Counted from the first letter of the stretch, positions 18,050 through 28,564 are shown. The stretch: DNA of 59,553 nucleotides from a virus (IMGVR_UViG_3300016484_001067:1-59553), one strand, 5' to 3'. The notes: generated by a model from the letters alone, not told the origin. A program made the numbers and translations.

Positions 18050-21000
18050 GTGGCCCTGTTCGGCGGCGACCGCTCCGTCGCGGTCCGACTGTCCCTGGAC
18101 ATCAAGGGGTACGCGGCGAACGCTGCCGTGGCCGCGAAGAAGACGCAGGACATCGGCAAGGCCGCGGTCGAGGCCGCAGGCAAGCACAAGCGGGCCTTCG
18201 ACGACGTCGGGTCGACGTTCCTCAAGACCGGCGCCGCGATCGGGGCCGTCGCCACTACCGCGGTCGTCGCGTTCGCCAAGTTCGACCAGGCGATGTCCCG
18301 CGCCGCCGCGGGAACAAACGCCGCCGGCGGCGAGCTGCAGGCGCTGCGAAAGGCCGCGCTCGACGCGGGCGCCGCCACCCAGTACAGCGCCACCGAGGCT
18401 GCCGACGCCATCACCGCGCTCGGCAAGGCCGGTGTGGACACCGCCGACATCCTGGGCGGCGGCCTCGACGCGTCCCTGTCCCTGGCAGCAGCCGGGCAGC
18501 TCGAGGTCGCTCAGGCCGCCGAGATCGCCGCCACCGCGATGACCCAGTTCGGGCTCAAGGGCCGCGAGAACATCGGCAAGGTCGCCGACCTGCTCGCCGC
18601 CGGCGCCGGGAAAGCGCAGGGCGACGTCACCGACCTGGCCAACGCCCTGAAGTTCGTCGGCCCGGTCGCCGCCTCGATGCGCGTCTCCATCGAAGAGACC
18701 ACCGGCGTCCTGGCCGAGTTCGCCTCCCAGGGCATCATCGGCGAGCAGGCCGGCACCAGCCTGCGCGGCGTGCTCGGCTCGCTCACCTCCCCGTCCAAGG
18801 CGGCTGCGGACGAGATCGGGGCGCTCGGGATCCAGCTCTACGACGCCAACGGCCAGTTCCTCGGCCTGCAGAACGTCGCCGGGCAGCTGCAGAAAGCCCT
18901 TGGCGGGATGTCCGACGCGCAGCGCGACGCCGCGCTCGGCGTCATCTTCGGCAACGACCAGATCACGGCCGCGAAGGTGCTCTACGCCGGAGGCGCGGCC
19001 GCCGTCCAGGAGTGGACCGACAAGGTCAACGACTCTGGGTTCGCTGCGAAGCAGGCCGCCCTGCTGATGAACAATCTGGGCGGGGACGTCGAGCAGCTCA
19101 AGGGCAGCCTGGAGACCGCGTTCATCCAGTCCGGATCGGGCGCCAACTCCGGGCTGCGGGCCCTCACCCAGACCGCCACCGACGCCGTCAACCTCTTCGG
19201 GGCCCTCCCTACGTCGGTGCAGAAGAACACCGTCGTCATCGCCGGGCTCACCGCGGGCACCCTGCTGCTCGCCGGCGGCATGCTCAAGGCCGCCGTCGCC
19301 ATCAAGACCGCCAAGACGAACATGGCCGAGCTCGGCATCTCGGCGCAGAAGACCAGCCGCGTGATGGCCGGCATCGGCAAGGCCGGGGCCGCCGCGACCG
19401 TCCTGTCGTTCCTGCCGGACGCCACTGCCGCCCTCGACAAGCAGTTCGGCGTCATCGGCAAGTCGACCTCCGAGATGAGCCGCGAGCTCGCGCTGTTCGC
19501 CAACGGCGCCGACCTCGCAGGGGAGTCCGCCAAGGTCTTCGGGGCCAAACTGTCCGGCGGCCTGGACGTCGGCATCTTCCGCTCGTCGCAGTCCCTCAAG
19601 AGCATCGTGAACGACCTGTCCGGCGTGAACGGGTTCTTCAACAAGGACCTGCCCGGCCTGCCGTCCGTCGAGGCCGAGCAGATCAAGAACTACAGCCAGG
19701 CGCTCGCCCAGCTTGCGCAGACCGACGCGCCCACCGCGGCGAAGGCGTTCGACCGGCTCACGAAGGCCGGCGGCCTCAACGCGGACGAGACCAACCGGCT
19801 GCTCGACCTGATGCCGGAGTACAAGGACTACCTGTCACAGGTCGCCACCCAGCAGGCCGCGCAGGGCAAGACGGCCGCCGAGGGCGCCACCGCCACCGGC
19901 GTGCTCAAGGAGCAGATGGCCGGTGCGAGCTACTCCGCCGAGCAGCTCGCCAAGGACATCGACGACGCCAACGCCGCGACGAAGAACTACAACGACGCCG
20001 CGCTCGAGTCCCGCTCGGCCAGCCGCGACTTCCAGGCGGCGCTCGACGACGCCCGGGAGTCGCTGAAGCAGAACGGCCGCACCCTCGACGACACCACGCC
20101 GAAGGGCCGCGCCAACGCCGAGGCCCTCGACGCGATCGCCGCGGCCGCCCAGCGGCAGGCCGACGCCGTCCTCGCCTCCGGCGGAACCCAGGACGACTAC
20201 ACCAAGTCGCTGCAGACGTCCCGCGCCGAGCTCGTCAAGGTCGCCACCAAGTTCTACGGCAACAAGACCGCCGCCGAGAAGTACGCCGACGCCGTCCTGG
20301 GCATCCCGAAGACCGCGAAGACCACCGTGTCCATCACCGGGATCGGCTCCGCGATCAACGACATGGACAACCTGATCACCCGCATCGCCATCGCCAACGG
20401 CAAGCGGGTCAGGATCCAGGTCTCCGCCACCGCCGGGAACGTCCGCGAGGGCCGGACCGCCCAGGCCGACGGGTCCGTCCTGCGTTTCTACGGCAACGGC
20501 GGCATGGAGCAGCACGTCGCGCAGATCGCCCCGGCCGGCGCCGTCCGCGTGTGGGCCGAGCCCGAGACCGGGGGAGAGGCCTACATCCCGCTCGCTCCCG
20601 CCAAGCGCGCCCGGTCCAAGGCGATCCTGGCGCAGACGGCGAAGATGTTCGGGATGGTCGCCTACGCCGACGGCGGCTTCGGCTCGTCGATGCCGTTCGG
20701 GCTGGGCGACGTCCAGCAGCGCTACGAGGACTCCCGCCTCAAGCCGATCTCCCGCAGCGAGTACGTCGCCGCCGTCAACGCTGCCCGCAACGCCGCCCAG
20801 GCGCAGCGCAAGGCCGAGCGGGACCTCGCCGAGATCCGCCGCAAGTCCCCGAAGGACACCAACGCCATCCGCGACGCCGAGGACCGCCTCGACCGGGCCC
20901 GCCGCACCGCCGCCGCCGCCCGCGCCAAGGAAGCCGACGCGGTCGCCCGGAAGAACGCCCCCAAGGGCTTCTCCCTCGCCGGGTACACCAAGAGCCTCGC

Positions 21001-21562
21001 CGGGACCGTCCAGCAGACCGAGGCCTACCGCGGGAACCTGTCCCGGATCGCCGCCCGCGGCGGCGACCAGCTCGCCACCCTCATCGAGGGCATGGGAGCC
21101 GACGGCGTCCAGCTCGCCGCAGCCCTGGCCAAGGCCAGCCCCAAGGAGTTCGCCCGGATCGTCGCGCTCCTCAAGCGCCTCGACCCGAGCGCGTTCGCCG
21201 CCGCAGCCGGCGGCCCGGCAGGGCCTACAGTCCGGCAGTTCGCCAACGGCGGCATCGCCACCGGCACCGGGATCCGGGTCTGGAACGAACCCGAGACTGG
21301 GGGAGAGGCGTACATCCCGCTCGCCGCGTCCAAGGCCGGCCGCTCCCGGATGATCGCCTCCGACGTCGTCTCCCGGCTCGGTGGGACCACCACCTGGTCC
21401 AGCGCCCGCGCGACGTCCGCCGCACCGTCCGCCGTCGCAGCCGGCGGGGCCGCCGGAGCGCAGTTCGGGTCCCTGCTCACCGCGGAGAAGATCGAACTCA
21501 TCGGCGGGACCCCGCAGCAGGTGGCGTCCGAGGTCATGTTCCGCGTCCGGGCCCTCGGCTGA
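18050..21562 (+). CDS. Tape measure protein (TP901 family)
   Basis: 1170 aa, Ala-rich; FDQAMS..YSATEAADA..GEQAGTSLRG core; GGAGG RBS. Confidence 0.95.
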   Translation: MALFGGDRSVAVRLSLDIKGYAANAAVAAKKTQDIGKAAVEAAGKHKRAFDDVGSTFLKTGAAIGAVATTAVVAFAKFDQAMSRAAAGTNAAGGELQALRKAALDAGAATQYSATEAADAITALGKAGVDTADILGGGLDASLSLAAAGQLEVAQAAEIAATAMTQFGLKGRENIGKVADLLAAGAGKAQGDVTDLANALKFVGPVAASMRVSIEETTGVLAEFASQGIIGEQAGTSLRGVLGSLTSPSKAAADEIGALGIQLYDANGQFLGLQNVAGQLQKALGGMSDAQRDAALGVIFGNDQITAAKVLYAGGAAAVQEWTDKVNDSGFAAKQAALLMNNLGGDVEQLKGSLETAFIQSGSGANSGLRALTQTATDAVNLFGALPTSVQKNTVVIAGLTAGTLLLAGGMLKAAVAIKTAKTNMAELGISAQKTSRVMAGIGKAGAAATVLSFLPDATAALDKQFGVIGKSTSEMSRELALFANGADLAGESAKVFGAKLSGGLDVGIFRSSQSLKSIVNDLSGVNGFFNKDLPGLPSVEAEQIKNYSQALAQLAQTDAPTAAKAFDRLTKAGGLNADETNRLLDLMPEYKDYLSQVATQQAAQGKTAAEGATATGVLKEQMAGASYSAEQLAKDIDDANAATKNYNDAALESRSASRDFQAALDDARESLKQNGRTLDDTTPKGRANAEALDAIAAAAQRQADAVLASGGTQDDYTKSLQTSRAELVKVATKFYGNKTAAEKYADAVLGIPKTAKTTVSITGIGSAINDMDNLITRIAIANGKRVRIQVSATAGNVREGRTAQADGSVLRFYGNGGMEQHVAQIAPAGAVRVWAEPETGGEAYIPLAPAKRARSKAILAQTAKMFGMVAYADGGFGSSMPFGLGDVQQRYEDSRLKPISRSEYVAAVNAARNAAQAQRKAERDLAEIRRKSPKDTNAIRDAEDRLDRARRTAAAARAKEADAVARKNAPKGFSLAGYTKSLAGTVQQTEAYRGNLSRIAARGGDQLATLIEGMGADGVQLAAALAKASPKEFARIVALLKRLDPSAFAAAAGGPAGPTVRQFANGGIATGTGIRVWNEPETGGEAYIPLAASKAGRSRMIASDVVSRLGGTTTWSSARATSAAPSAVAAGGAAGAQFGSLLTAEKIELIGGTPQQVASEVMFRVRALG

Positions 21563-21586
21563 CCGGCCCGACAGGAGAGGCACCCC

Positions 21587-22459
21587 ATGGCCGCTGACAC
21601 CATCGACATCACCTGGACCGACCCGGCCGGCGGCACCATCCTGCTGTCCCACGAAGGCCCGTACCGGGTGGCGTCCATCACCGGCTGGGAGGACATCCCC
21701 ACCGGCCGGATCGACGAGGTACCCCGCGCCAACGCGCACGGCTCCCACGACGCGCCCGTCTGGGCGTCCGCCCGCAACCCCGTCGTCGAGGGCTACTGCG
21801 TCAGCGACGCCGACCGGAACAGCCTGCTCGCCGGGCTCGCCTCCGGCGGCATCCGCCCCGGCGGCGACGCCAGCACCGGCACCCTCACCGTCACATTCGC
21901 CGGCCGGACCCTCTCCGCGAACGCCCGCCTCCTGCGGGCCGGCACCACCCTGCGGAACTGGGGCGTCGGCCACTTCGGCTGGCAGATCGAATGGTGGGCC
22001 GCGGACCCGCTGCGCTATGACACCACCCGCACCGCCACCACCGCCCCACCTACCGACGCCGGCGGCATGGTGTTCCCCCTGTTCGACTCCACCAGCCTCC
22101 TCGGCTTCGGTGGCCTGTCCACACCCGGCCTGCTCGTCCTCGACAACCCGGGCACCGCCGACACCTGGCCCGTGTTCACCGTCACCGGTCCCCTGATCGG
22201 CGGGTTCGAGCTCGTCGAGCTCACCACCGGCCGCCGGATCCGCTTCGAACGCGACGTCCCCGACGGCGTCCCCGTCGTCCTCACCACCAAGACCGCCGCC
22301 GTCACCTACGACGGCGTCCCCGGCTACGACGGCGAACTCACCGCGGCCGACTGGTGGCCCGTCCCCGCCGCCAGCACCCGCACCGTCCAGCTCAACCCGC
22401 TCGGCACCCCAGACCCGACCGCCACCCTCGCGGCCGCCTGGGCGCCCGCCTACTGGTAG
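21587..22459 (+). CDS. Distal tail protein (Dit-like)
   Basis: First gene after the tape measure; ADPLRY and NPGTADTWP motifs. Confidence 0.75.
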   Translation: MAADTIDITWTDPAGGTILLSHEGPYRVASITGWEDIPTGRIDEVPRANAHGSHDAPVWASARNPVVEGYCVSDADRNSLLAGLASGGIRPGGDASTGTLTVTFAGRTLSANARLLRAGTTLRNWGVGHFGWQIEWWAADPLRYDTTRTATTAPPTDAGGMVFPLFDSTSLLGFGGLSTPGLLVLDNPGTADTWPVFTVTGPLIGGFELVELTTGRRIRFERDVPDGVPVVLTTKTAAVTYDGVPGYDGELTAADWWPVPAASTRTVQLNPLGTPDPTATLAAAWAPAYW

Positions 22460-22467
22460 GAGACCGC

Positions 22468-23538
22468 GTGACCGCCAGGGACCCGCTGTTCGTCGTCGGC
22501 GCCGCCGGCGCCGGACAGACCAGCCCCACCGAGGCCCGGCTCGCCCTCGCCGGCCTCATCGCGCCCTCCACCGGCGCCGGCGCCCGCTCCGGCGTCCTCT
22601 ACGGCGCCGGGTCCCCCCTGGCCGTCACCGGCACCTCCGGCATGTCCTACAGCGTCGCCGCCGGCCAGGCCGTCGCCGACCGCGGCAGCACAGCCCTCGG
22701 CTCCTACCTCGGCTCCAACGACGCCGCAGCCACCGTCACCACCACCGCCGCCCCCGGCACCGCCGGCCAGTCCCGCTACGACGTCATCTGGATCCGCTTC
22801 CCCGACGCCGAGCAGGGCGACGCGAACTCCGCCGCCGTCCTCGGCGTCACCCAGGGCACCGCGTCCGCCAGCCCCACCGTCCCCGCCATCCCCACCGGCG
22901 CCCTCGCGCTCGCGCAGGCACTCGTCCCGAACGGCGCGACCCGCACCGACACCCTGGTCACGATCACGCAGGTGGCGCCGTGGACCGTCGCACGCGGCGC
23001 GGCCGTCCCGGTGCGCTCCTCGACCGAACGCGGCGCCCTGTCGACCTACAGCGGCCTGACCGCCTACCGGATCGACACCGGCCGCACCGAGCAGTGGACG
23101 CCGTCCGGGGCGTGGGCCACCATCGCCGACCCGGGCGCCTGGACCAGCTTCACCCCGACCTGGACCAGCAGCGGCACGAACCCGTCCCTCGGCAACGGCA
23201 CCCTCGCCGGACGCTGGACGCAGGTGGGCAAGCGGGTCGACTTCACCATCGTCCTGACCAGCGGCAGCACCACCACCTACGGCACCGGCGTCTGGCAGTT
23301 CGGCAACCTCCCGTTCTCCCAGGTGACCCTCGGCGGGCGCCTCTGGGTGCCGGCGATGGCCACCGACATCAGCGCCGGCGGCCGCTACGTCTGCTACGCG
23401 TACTGGCTGAACTCCGGTGCCATCACGCTCCAGACGACATCCAGCGGCCCCGCGATGGTCAACGTCGACGCGACCACCCCGTTCACCTGGGCGTCCGGCG
23501 ACCAGATGGTCGTCAACGGGTCGCTGGAAGTCGCGTGA
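22468..23538 (+). CDS. Minor tail protein
   Basis: AGGAG RBS; SRYDVIW..QGT..PAIPTGALALA and C-terminal WTSFTPTW..GNGTLAGRW domain. Confidence 0.8.
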   Translation: MTARDPLFVVGAAGAGQTSPTEARLALAGLIAPSTGAGARSGVLYGAGSPLAVTGTSGMSYSVAAGQAVADRGSTALGSYLGSNDAAATVTTTAAPGTAGQSRYDVIWIRFPDAEQGDANSAAVLGVTQGTASASPTVPAIPTGALALAQALVPNGATRTDTLVTITQVAPWTVARGAAVPVRSSTERGALSTYSGLTAYRIDTGRTEQWTPSGAWATIADPGAWTSFTPTWTSSGTNPSLGNGTLAGRWTQVGKRVDFTIVLTSGSTTTYGTGVWQFGNLPFSQVTLGGRLWVPAMATDISAGGRYVCYAYWLNSGAITLQTTSSGPAMVNVDATTPFTWASGDQMVVNGSLEVA

Positions 23539-23572
23539 CCAGGCCCCGCACGACCACCACCGGGGCTCCCTG

Positions 23573-24706
23573 ATGCCCGTCGCGTGGCTCGTCGGGGAAC
23601 TGCGCACCGGCCGCGTCACGAACCGGCTCCCGCTCGTCGACGGCACCTGCACCGACACCCTCGACGACGCCGGGACCCTCAGCGGGGCCGTCCCCCTCGC
23701 CGACCCCGCCGTTGCCGCGCTGCGCGTCCGGAACCTCACCGAGCCCGGCCGCACCTTCCTCGCCGCCGCCTGGGTCAACGCCGCAGGCGAGGAAGAGGCC
23801 ATCCTCGGCGCCGGACCGATCTGGGCACGCTCCTACGACGACACCACCCGCACCCTGCGCCTGGGCGCCGCCGGCATCTGGTCCTACTACGACCACCGCA
23901 AGATCCTGCCGGTCCTCGCCCCCGGCGAGACCGCCGGCGACGTCGCCGTCACCACCTCCGGCGTCACCCTCGGCACCATCGCGAAGAAGCTCGTCGAGCT
24001 CGCCCACACCCACACCGGCGGCGCCCTGCCCGTCGTCGTCCCCGCAGACGTCCCCGGCGACGAGACCCGCACCTACGCCGGGTACGAGCTCACCTGGATC
24101 GGCGCCGAACTGCGCGCCCTCACCGACATCGACGGCGGCCCCGAGATCGCCTTCACCCCGCGCCGCTCCACCACCGATCCCCGGAACATCGAGTGGGTCA
24201 TGCGCACCGGAGACACCACCAACCCGCTCCTCACCCAGGCCGGCGCCGACTGGACCTGGGACAACTCTGTCCCCGGCTCCACTGTCACCGGCATCAGCGT
24301 CGACGAGGACGGCACCAAGGTCGCCACCCGCGCCTGGGCGCCCGGCTACGGCTCCGGAGAGTCCCGCCTCATCGGCCAGGCCGACGACGGCACCCTCGCA
24401 GCCTGGCCGCTGCTCGAGACCGAGGACACCGCCCGCGACAGCGTCGAGGACCAGGCCACCCTCAACGCCTACGCCACCGCCCTCGCCGTCCGCTCCCGCG
24501 CCGCCACCGAGTCCTGGACCGTCACCGTCAAGCATGGCGGCTACCCCACCCCCGGCATGTACCGGCCCGGTGACTGGGCCCGGATAGTCGTCCCCGCCAC
24601 CCACCCCTACCTCGAGCCCGGCCCCCAGCGCGGCCGCATCACGTCCATCACCCTGCGCGACAACGGCGACGCCACCATCAGCTTCCAGCGGGAGATCACA
24701 GTCTGA
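23573..24706 (+). CDS. Minor tail protein (baseplate hub / Tal-like)
   Basis: GELRTG..GPIWARSY..WSYYDHR..GGPEIAFTP motifs; synteny. Confidence 0.75.
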   Translation: MPVAWLVGELRTGRVTNRLPLVDGTCTDTLDDAGTLSGAVPLADPAVAALRVRNLTEPGRTFLAAAWVNAAGEEEAILGAGPIWARSYDDTTRTLRLGAAGIWSYYDHRKILPVLAPGETAGDVAVTTSGVTLGTIAKKLVELAHTHTGGALPVVVPADVPGDETRTYAGYELTWIGAELRALTDIDGGPEIAFTPRRSTTDPRNIEWVMRTGDTTNPLLTQAGADWTWDNSVPGSTVTGISVDEDGTKVATRAWAPGYGSGESRLIGQADDGTLAAWPLLETEDTARDSVEDQATLNAYATALAVRSRAATESWTVTVKHGGYPTPGMYRPGDWARIVVPATHPYLEPGPQRGRITSITLRDNGDATISFQREITV

Positions 24707-25467
24707 TGGCCGGCGGCTACAAGCACACCCCCCAGGACATCGACGCGCTCGCCGCGCAGCTGCGGCGCCTCCAGGCGCAGCTCGACTCCCTGCGCGGGTC
24801 CGCGTCCGCCCGGAACACCACCGTCTCCGGCGGCGGCGGGTTCACCATCAAGGACGGCGGCCGGTTCCGGGTCGTCGACCCCGACGGTGACGTCCTCGTC
24901 GACGCCGGTGCGTTCACCGAGTACGCGCCCCGCCTCGACGGCAAGCCGCAGGTCGGGTGGGCGCTGCGCCGAGACAGTGGCGAGCTCGCCGCGATCTGCT
25001 ACACGAACGTCTCCGGCACCAAGCAGGCCTGGCAGTGGTTCGACCTGTCCGGAAACGTGATCCTCGCCGACGACGCCGTCTCCAACACCGGCCTCGCCCG
25101 GCCCTACGTCCCGTGGACGTTCGGGCTCGCCCGCGACACCGACTGGCCAGGCAGCACCTCCGCGACCTACCAGGACCTCTGGCGCGGCGAGGTGTTCCGG
25201 CAGCACCCGCAGTTGAAGTGGTCGATCGGCCTGACCACCTCGACGTCCGGGACCACCGGTGACGTCCGGGTCCTCGTCGACGGCACCCAGGTCGGCACCA
25301 CCAGAGCCGCGACCTTCTCCAGCGTCCTGCTCGCCTCCGAGACGAACGCGATCACCTCGATCGGCGGGCACGAGACCAGCCACATCGTCACCGTCCAGGC
25401 CCGCCGCACCGCCGGCACCGGCGCCGTCCAAGTCGGCGTCTTCGGCCTCTGGGGCGTCCAGTCCTGA
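24706..25467 (+). CDS. Minor tail protein
   Basis: N-terminal coiled coil then beta-rich region; TGATG coupling. Confidence 0.7.
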   Translation: MAGGYKHTPQDIDALAAQLRRLQAQLDSLRGSASARNTTVSGGGGFTIKDGGRFRVVDPDGDVLVDAGAFTEYAPRLDGKPQVGWALRRDSGELAAICYTNVSGTKQAWQWFDLSGNVILADDAVSNTGLARPYVPWTFGLARDTDWPGSTSATYQDLWRGEVFRQHPQLKWSIGLTTSTSGTTGDVRVLVDGTQVGTTRAATFSSVLLASETNAITSIGGHETSHIVTVQARRTAGTGAVQVGVFGLWGVQS

Positions 25468-25530
25468 CCCGCGGCCCGGGCACCGGGCCGCCTGCACCGC
25501 CTCCACCCCGACACCTCGAGGAGCCCTGCC

Positions 25531-25881
25531 GTGCCCACCACCCGCACCGTCCAGACCGGGTCGCTCACCGCCGTCGCCCCCGGCGCGTTCACCGCCGACG
25601 CCACCGGCGACAAGTTCGCCATGCCCGCCTCCGGCCCGGTGTTCCTGCGCATCATCAACGGCGGCGGCTCGTCGATCACCTGCACCATCGACGACCCGAA
25701 CAGCGTCGCCCCCGAGAACGCCACGACCTACAACCCGGACGTCGTCATCACCGTCCCGAACGGCACCACCCGCGTCGTGAAGATCACCGACTCGCGGCGG
25801 TTCCCGAACGCGGCCGACAGCAGCCTCGTCTCCCTCACCTGGTCCGCCGTCACCTCGGTCACCTTCGAGCTCTGGCAGTAG
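25531..25881 (+). CDS. Hypothetical beta-rich (likely virion) protein
   Basis: GAGGAG RBS; end of the tail module. Confidence 0.65.
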   Translation: MPTTRTVQTGSLTAVAPGAFTADATGDKFAMPASGPVFLRIINGGGSSITCTIDDPNSVAPENATTYNPDVVITVPNGTTRVVKITDSRRFPNAADSSLVSLTWSAVTSVTFELWQ

Positions 25882-26000
25882 CCCCCGCCCGTCCCGGGCC
25901 TGGCGTGCTGGGGGAGCCAGGCCCGGGCCGCACCACGCCACCCAGCACCACTACGCGCCCGCGCGCGACCAGCCGTCCGCACCAGGGGAGGACCACCGAC

Positions 26001-26216
26001 ATGCCCGTCCACACCGCACCCTCCGACCCGCCCAGCCTGCCGGCCGACATCGCCGCTCTCCTCGACGCTGCCGACCCCAACACGGCCCCCGTCGCCGACA
26101 CCACCGGCCCCGCCGACGACGTCGACGTCGACCAGGACCCCGGCTACGAGGAGGTCGAGCTGACCGACGACCAGGCCGACACCAGCCTCGACGACCCCAC
26201 CGTGATGGAGGCCTGA
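26001..26216 (+). CDS. Small highly acidic protein
   Basis: GGAGG RBS; Asp-rich 71 aa; in frame with the endolysin. Confidence 0.6.
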   Translation: MPVHTAPSDPPSLPADIAALLDAADPNTAPVADTTGPADDVDVDQDPGYEEVELTDDQADTSLDDPTVMEA

Positions 26217-26219
26217 GCG

Positions 26220-26996
26220 ATGACCACCGCGACCGCCCTCCTCAACGTCGCCCGCTCCCAGCTCGGCTACGTCGAAGGCCCGAACAACCACACCAAGTAC
26301 GGCGTCGCCTACGGCCTCGACCACGCCCCCTGGTGCGCCATGTTCGTCTGGTGGGTCTCCCGGCAGGCCTCCGGCGGTGACAAGCTCATCGCCCCGATCG
26401 CCTACACACCCGCCCTCGCCCAGTGGTTCCGCGAGCAGGGCGACGCACGCTGGGGCACCACCCCCCGCGTCGGCGCGATCGCCCTGTTCGACTTCCCCGA
26501 CAGCATCCACCGCATCCAGCACGTCGGGATCGTCGAGAAGGTCCTCCCCAACGGGTACATCCAGACGATCGAGGGCAACACGTCGTCCGGTGCCGCCGGC
26601 TCCCAGGCCGACGGCGGCGGCGTCTACCGGCGCATCCGCAAGACCAGCCTCGTCGTCATGTACGGCTACCCCGCCTACACCACCCCGGCCGCTGTCCGGC
26701 CCGCCCCCGCCGCCGCGCGCAGCACCACCCGCCACCTGACACCCCTCGTCGTCGACGGCGTCATGGGCGCCAAGACCATCTCCCAGACGCAGCGGTTCCT
26801 CCACGTCCCCGTCACCGGCAAGTGGGACGGCACCACCCGCCGCGCCCTGCAGCGGTGGCTCCGCGTCAAGCAGGACGGCGCCATCGGCCGCGTCACCACC
26901 CGCGCCTGGCGCGCCAAGGTCGGCGCCCCCGCCGGCACCGGCGTCGACCGCGCCCTCATCCGCGCCCACCAGCGGTACCTCAACCGCAACCTGTAG
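26220..26996 (+). CDS. Endolysin (CHAP domain plus peptidoglycan-binding domains)
   Basis: PWCAMFVWW, HVGIVE, TIEGNT CHAP motifs; VDGVMGAKT and DGAIGRVT binding repeats. Confidence 0.92.
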   Translation: MTTATALLNVARSQLGYVEGPNNHTKYGVAYGLDHAPWCAMFVWWVSRQASGGDKLIAPIAYTPALAQWFREQGDARWGTTPRVGAIALFDFPDSIHRIQHVGIVEKVLPNGYIQTIEGNTSSGAAGSQADGGGVYRRIRKTSLVVMYGYPAYTTPAAVRPAPAAARSTTRHLTPLVVDGVMGAKTISQTQRFLHVPVTGKWDGTTRRALQRWLRVKQDGAIGRVTTRAWRAKVGAPAGTGVDRALIRAHQRYLNRNL

Positions 26997-27060
26997 CACC
27001 CGCCACGGTCCACCACGCCGTCCGGGGGGACGTGCCCGCACGACAGGACGACGAGCCATC

Positions 27061-27633
27061 GTGACCAACCTGCCCGCGCTCCACGCGCTCGCCGAAACCG
27101 TCGCCGGCCTGAGCCCCGCCACCATCAGGGCCCTGGCCATCAGCATCGCCAGCCTCGCGCTCGCCGTGGTCCTGCTCGTGATCCGCCGGATCGTGCAGGC
27201 CCTGCCCGCGGTCCGCCGCGGCGTCATGTTCTGGAACGCCATCGTCGGCGAACACCCCGACGACGTCCCGCCCGGCCAGACACCCCGCCTCGGGCTCCTG
27301 GACCGGATGGCGAACCTGGAGACCGTCGCCGTCGACAGCCGCGACCTCGCCCGCCTCGCCGCCGCCGACGCCGCCGGCGCCAAGTCCGCCGCCGAAGGCG
27401 CCCAGGCGGCCGCCCGGGACGCCGCCACACAGGCCGAGGCCGCGGCCACCCTCGCCCGCGAGGTCTCAGACCTCGCCGGGCAGGCCGCCTCGTCCGCGGC
27501 CGCCGCCAAGCGCGTCTCCGCGGACGTCTCCGCCCAGCTCCAACGCAACGGAGGCTCCAGCCTCCGCGACGTCGTCGAGGCCGTTCGCACCCGCCTCGAC
27601 GAGCACATCGCCCGCACCGACAACGCGGCCTGA
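27061..27633 (+). CDS. Lysis-cassette membrane protein with coiled coil
   Basis: One N-terminal TM segment; C-terminal NGGSSLRD motif common in actinophage lysis cassettes. Confidence 0.7.
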   Translation: MTNLPALHALAETVAGLSPATIRALAISIASLALAVVLLVIRRIVQALPAVRRGVMFWNAIVGEHPDDVPPGQTPRLGLLDRMANLETVAVDSRDLARLAAADAAGAKSAAEGAQAAARDAATQAEAAATLAREVSDLAGQAASSAAAAKRVSADVSAQLQRNGGSSLRDVVEAVRTRLDEHIARTDNAA

Positions 27634-27674
27634 CCCGGCACCCGGACCAGCCGCCAGCGAAGGGACACCCAGCC

Positions 27675-28094
27675 ATGCCCGCACTCACCGGACCCCTCTC
27701 CACCGCCGCCTGGTGGGCCGAGGTCGTCCAGGCCGGCTTCCGCCAGGCCCTGCAGGTCCTGCTCCCGTTCCTCGTCCTCGTCGGCGCCAACGGCAGCATC
27801 AGCAGCAACGACGCGCTCGCCGCGGCCGTCGCCGTCTCCGTCGCGTTCGTCCTCGTCGTCCTGCGCCGCGTCGCCGGCGCCACCGCCTCCGACGACGCCA
27901 CCCTCCTCGAGGACCTCTTCTACCGGGCCGTGTCCGCGTTCGCCGGCAGCCTCCTCGGCGTCCTGTCCGCCGACGGCCTCGACCTCCTCCACGTCGACTT
28001 CGGCGCCGTCCTCCTCACCGCCGCGTCGTCCGCGGCCGTCGCCGCCGTCCACGGGATCGTCGACCCCGCCCGCCGGATCCCCGGCGCGAGCTGA
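27675..28094 (+). CDS. Holin
   Basis: About four hydrophobic segments; lies after the endolysin. Confidence 0.7.
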   Translation: MPALTGPLSTAAWWAEVVQAGFRQALQVLLPFLVLVGANGSISSNDALAAAVAVSVAFVLVVLRRVAGATASDDATLLEDLFYRAVSAFAGSLLGVLSADGLDLLHVDFGAVLLTAASSAAVAAVHGIVDPARRIPGAS

Positions 28095-28108
28095 CTGCAG
28101 GGCCTCGC

Positions 28109-28564
28109 ATGCCGAATCCCCCGATGGTGGTCCGCGACAGCGTCGACGCCGACGGCCGGGTCATCGCCCGGATCTGCTGGCTCTGGTGCCCCGGATGCTC
28201 GCAGATGCACCCCGTGCACATCCCGGCCCCGGACGGTGCTCGACCGAACCGCCCCACCTGGGAGTGGGACGGCAACGTCGAGCAGCCCACGTTCAGCCCG
28301 AGTCTGCTCTGCTACAGCTCCGCTCACCTCTGCGGCGACGAGCACCTCGTGCCGTGCGCCGGCGGCGAATGCGGGCACCTCGGCCACCGGGTCCTCGAGG
28401 ACGGAAGCCTTGCCGTCGGCGGCCCGCACACCGCCGACCCCGCCTGGGGTAACTGCCACTCGTTCATCCGCGCCGGACGCTGGGAGTTCCTCAGCGACTG
28501 CGCCCACGAGCTCGCCGGGCAGACGGTGCCGCTGCCCCCGATCCCGGACTGGTGGCTCGGATGA
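28109..28564 (+). CDS. DUF6527-like Cys/His-rich protein
   Basis: WCPGC..H..WEWDGNVEQPTFSPSLL..CHSFIRAGRWEFLSDCAHELAGQTV. Confidence 0.65.
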   Translation: MPNPPMVVRDSVDADGRVIARICWLWCPGCSQMHPVHIPAPDGARPNRPTWEWDGNVEQPTFSPSLLCYSSAHLCGDEHLVPCAGGECGHLGHRVLEDGSLAVGGPHTADPAWGNCHSFIRAGRWEFLSDCAHELAGQTVPLPPIPDWWLG

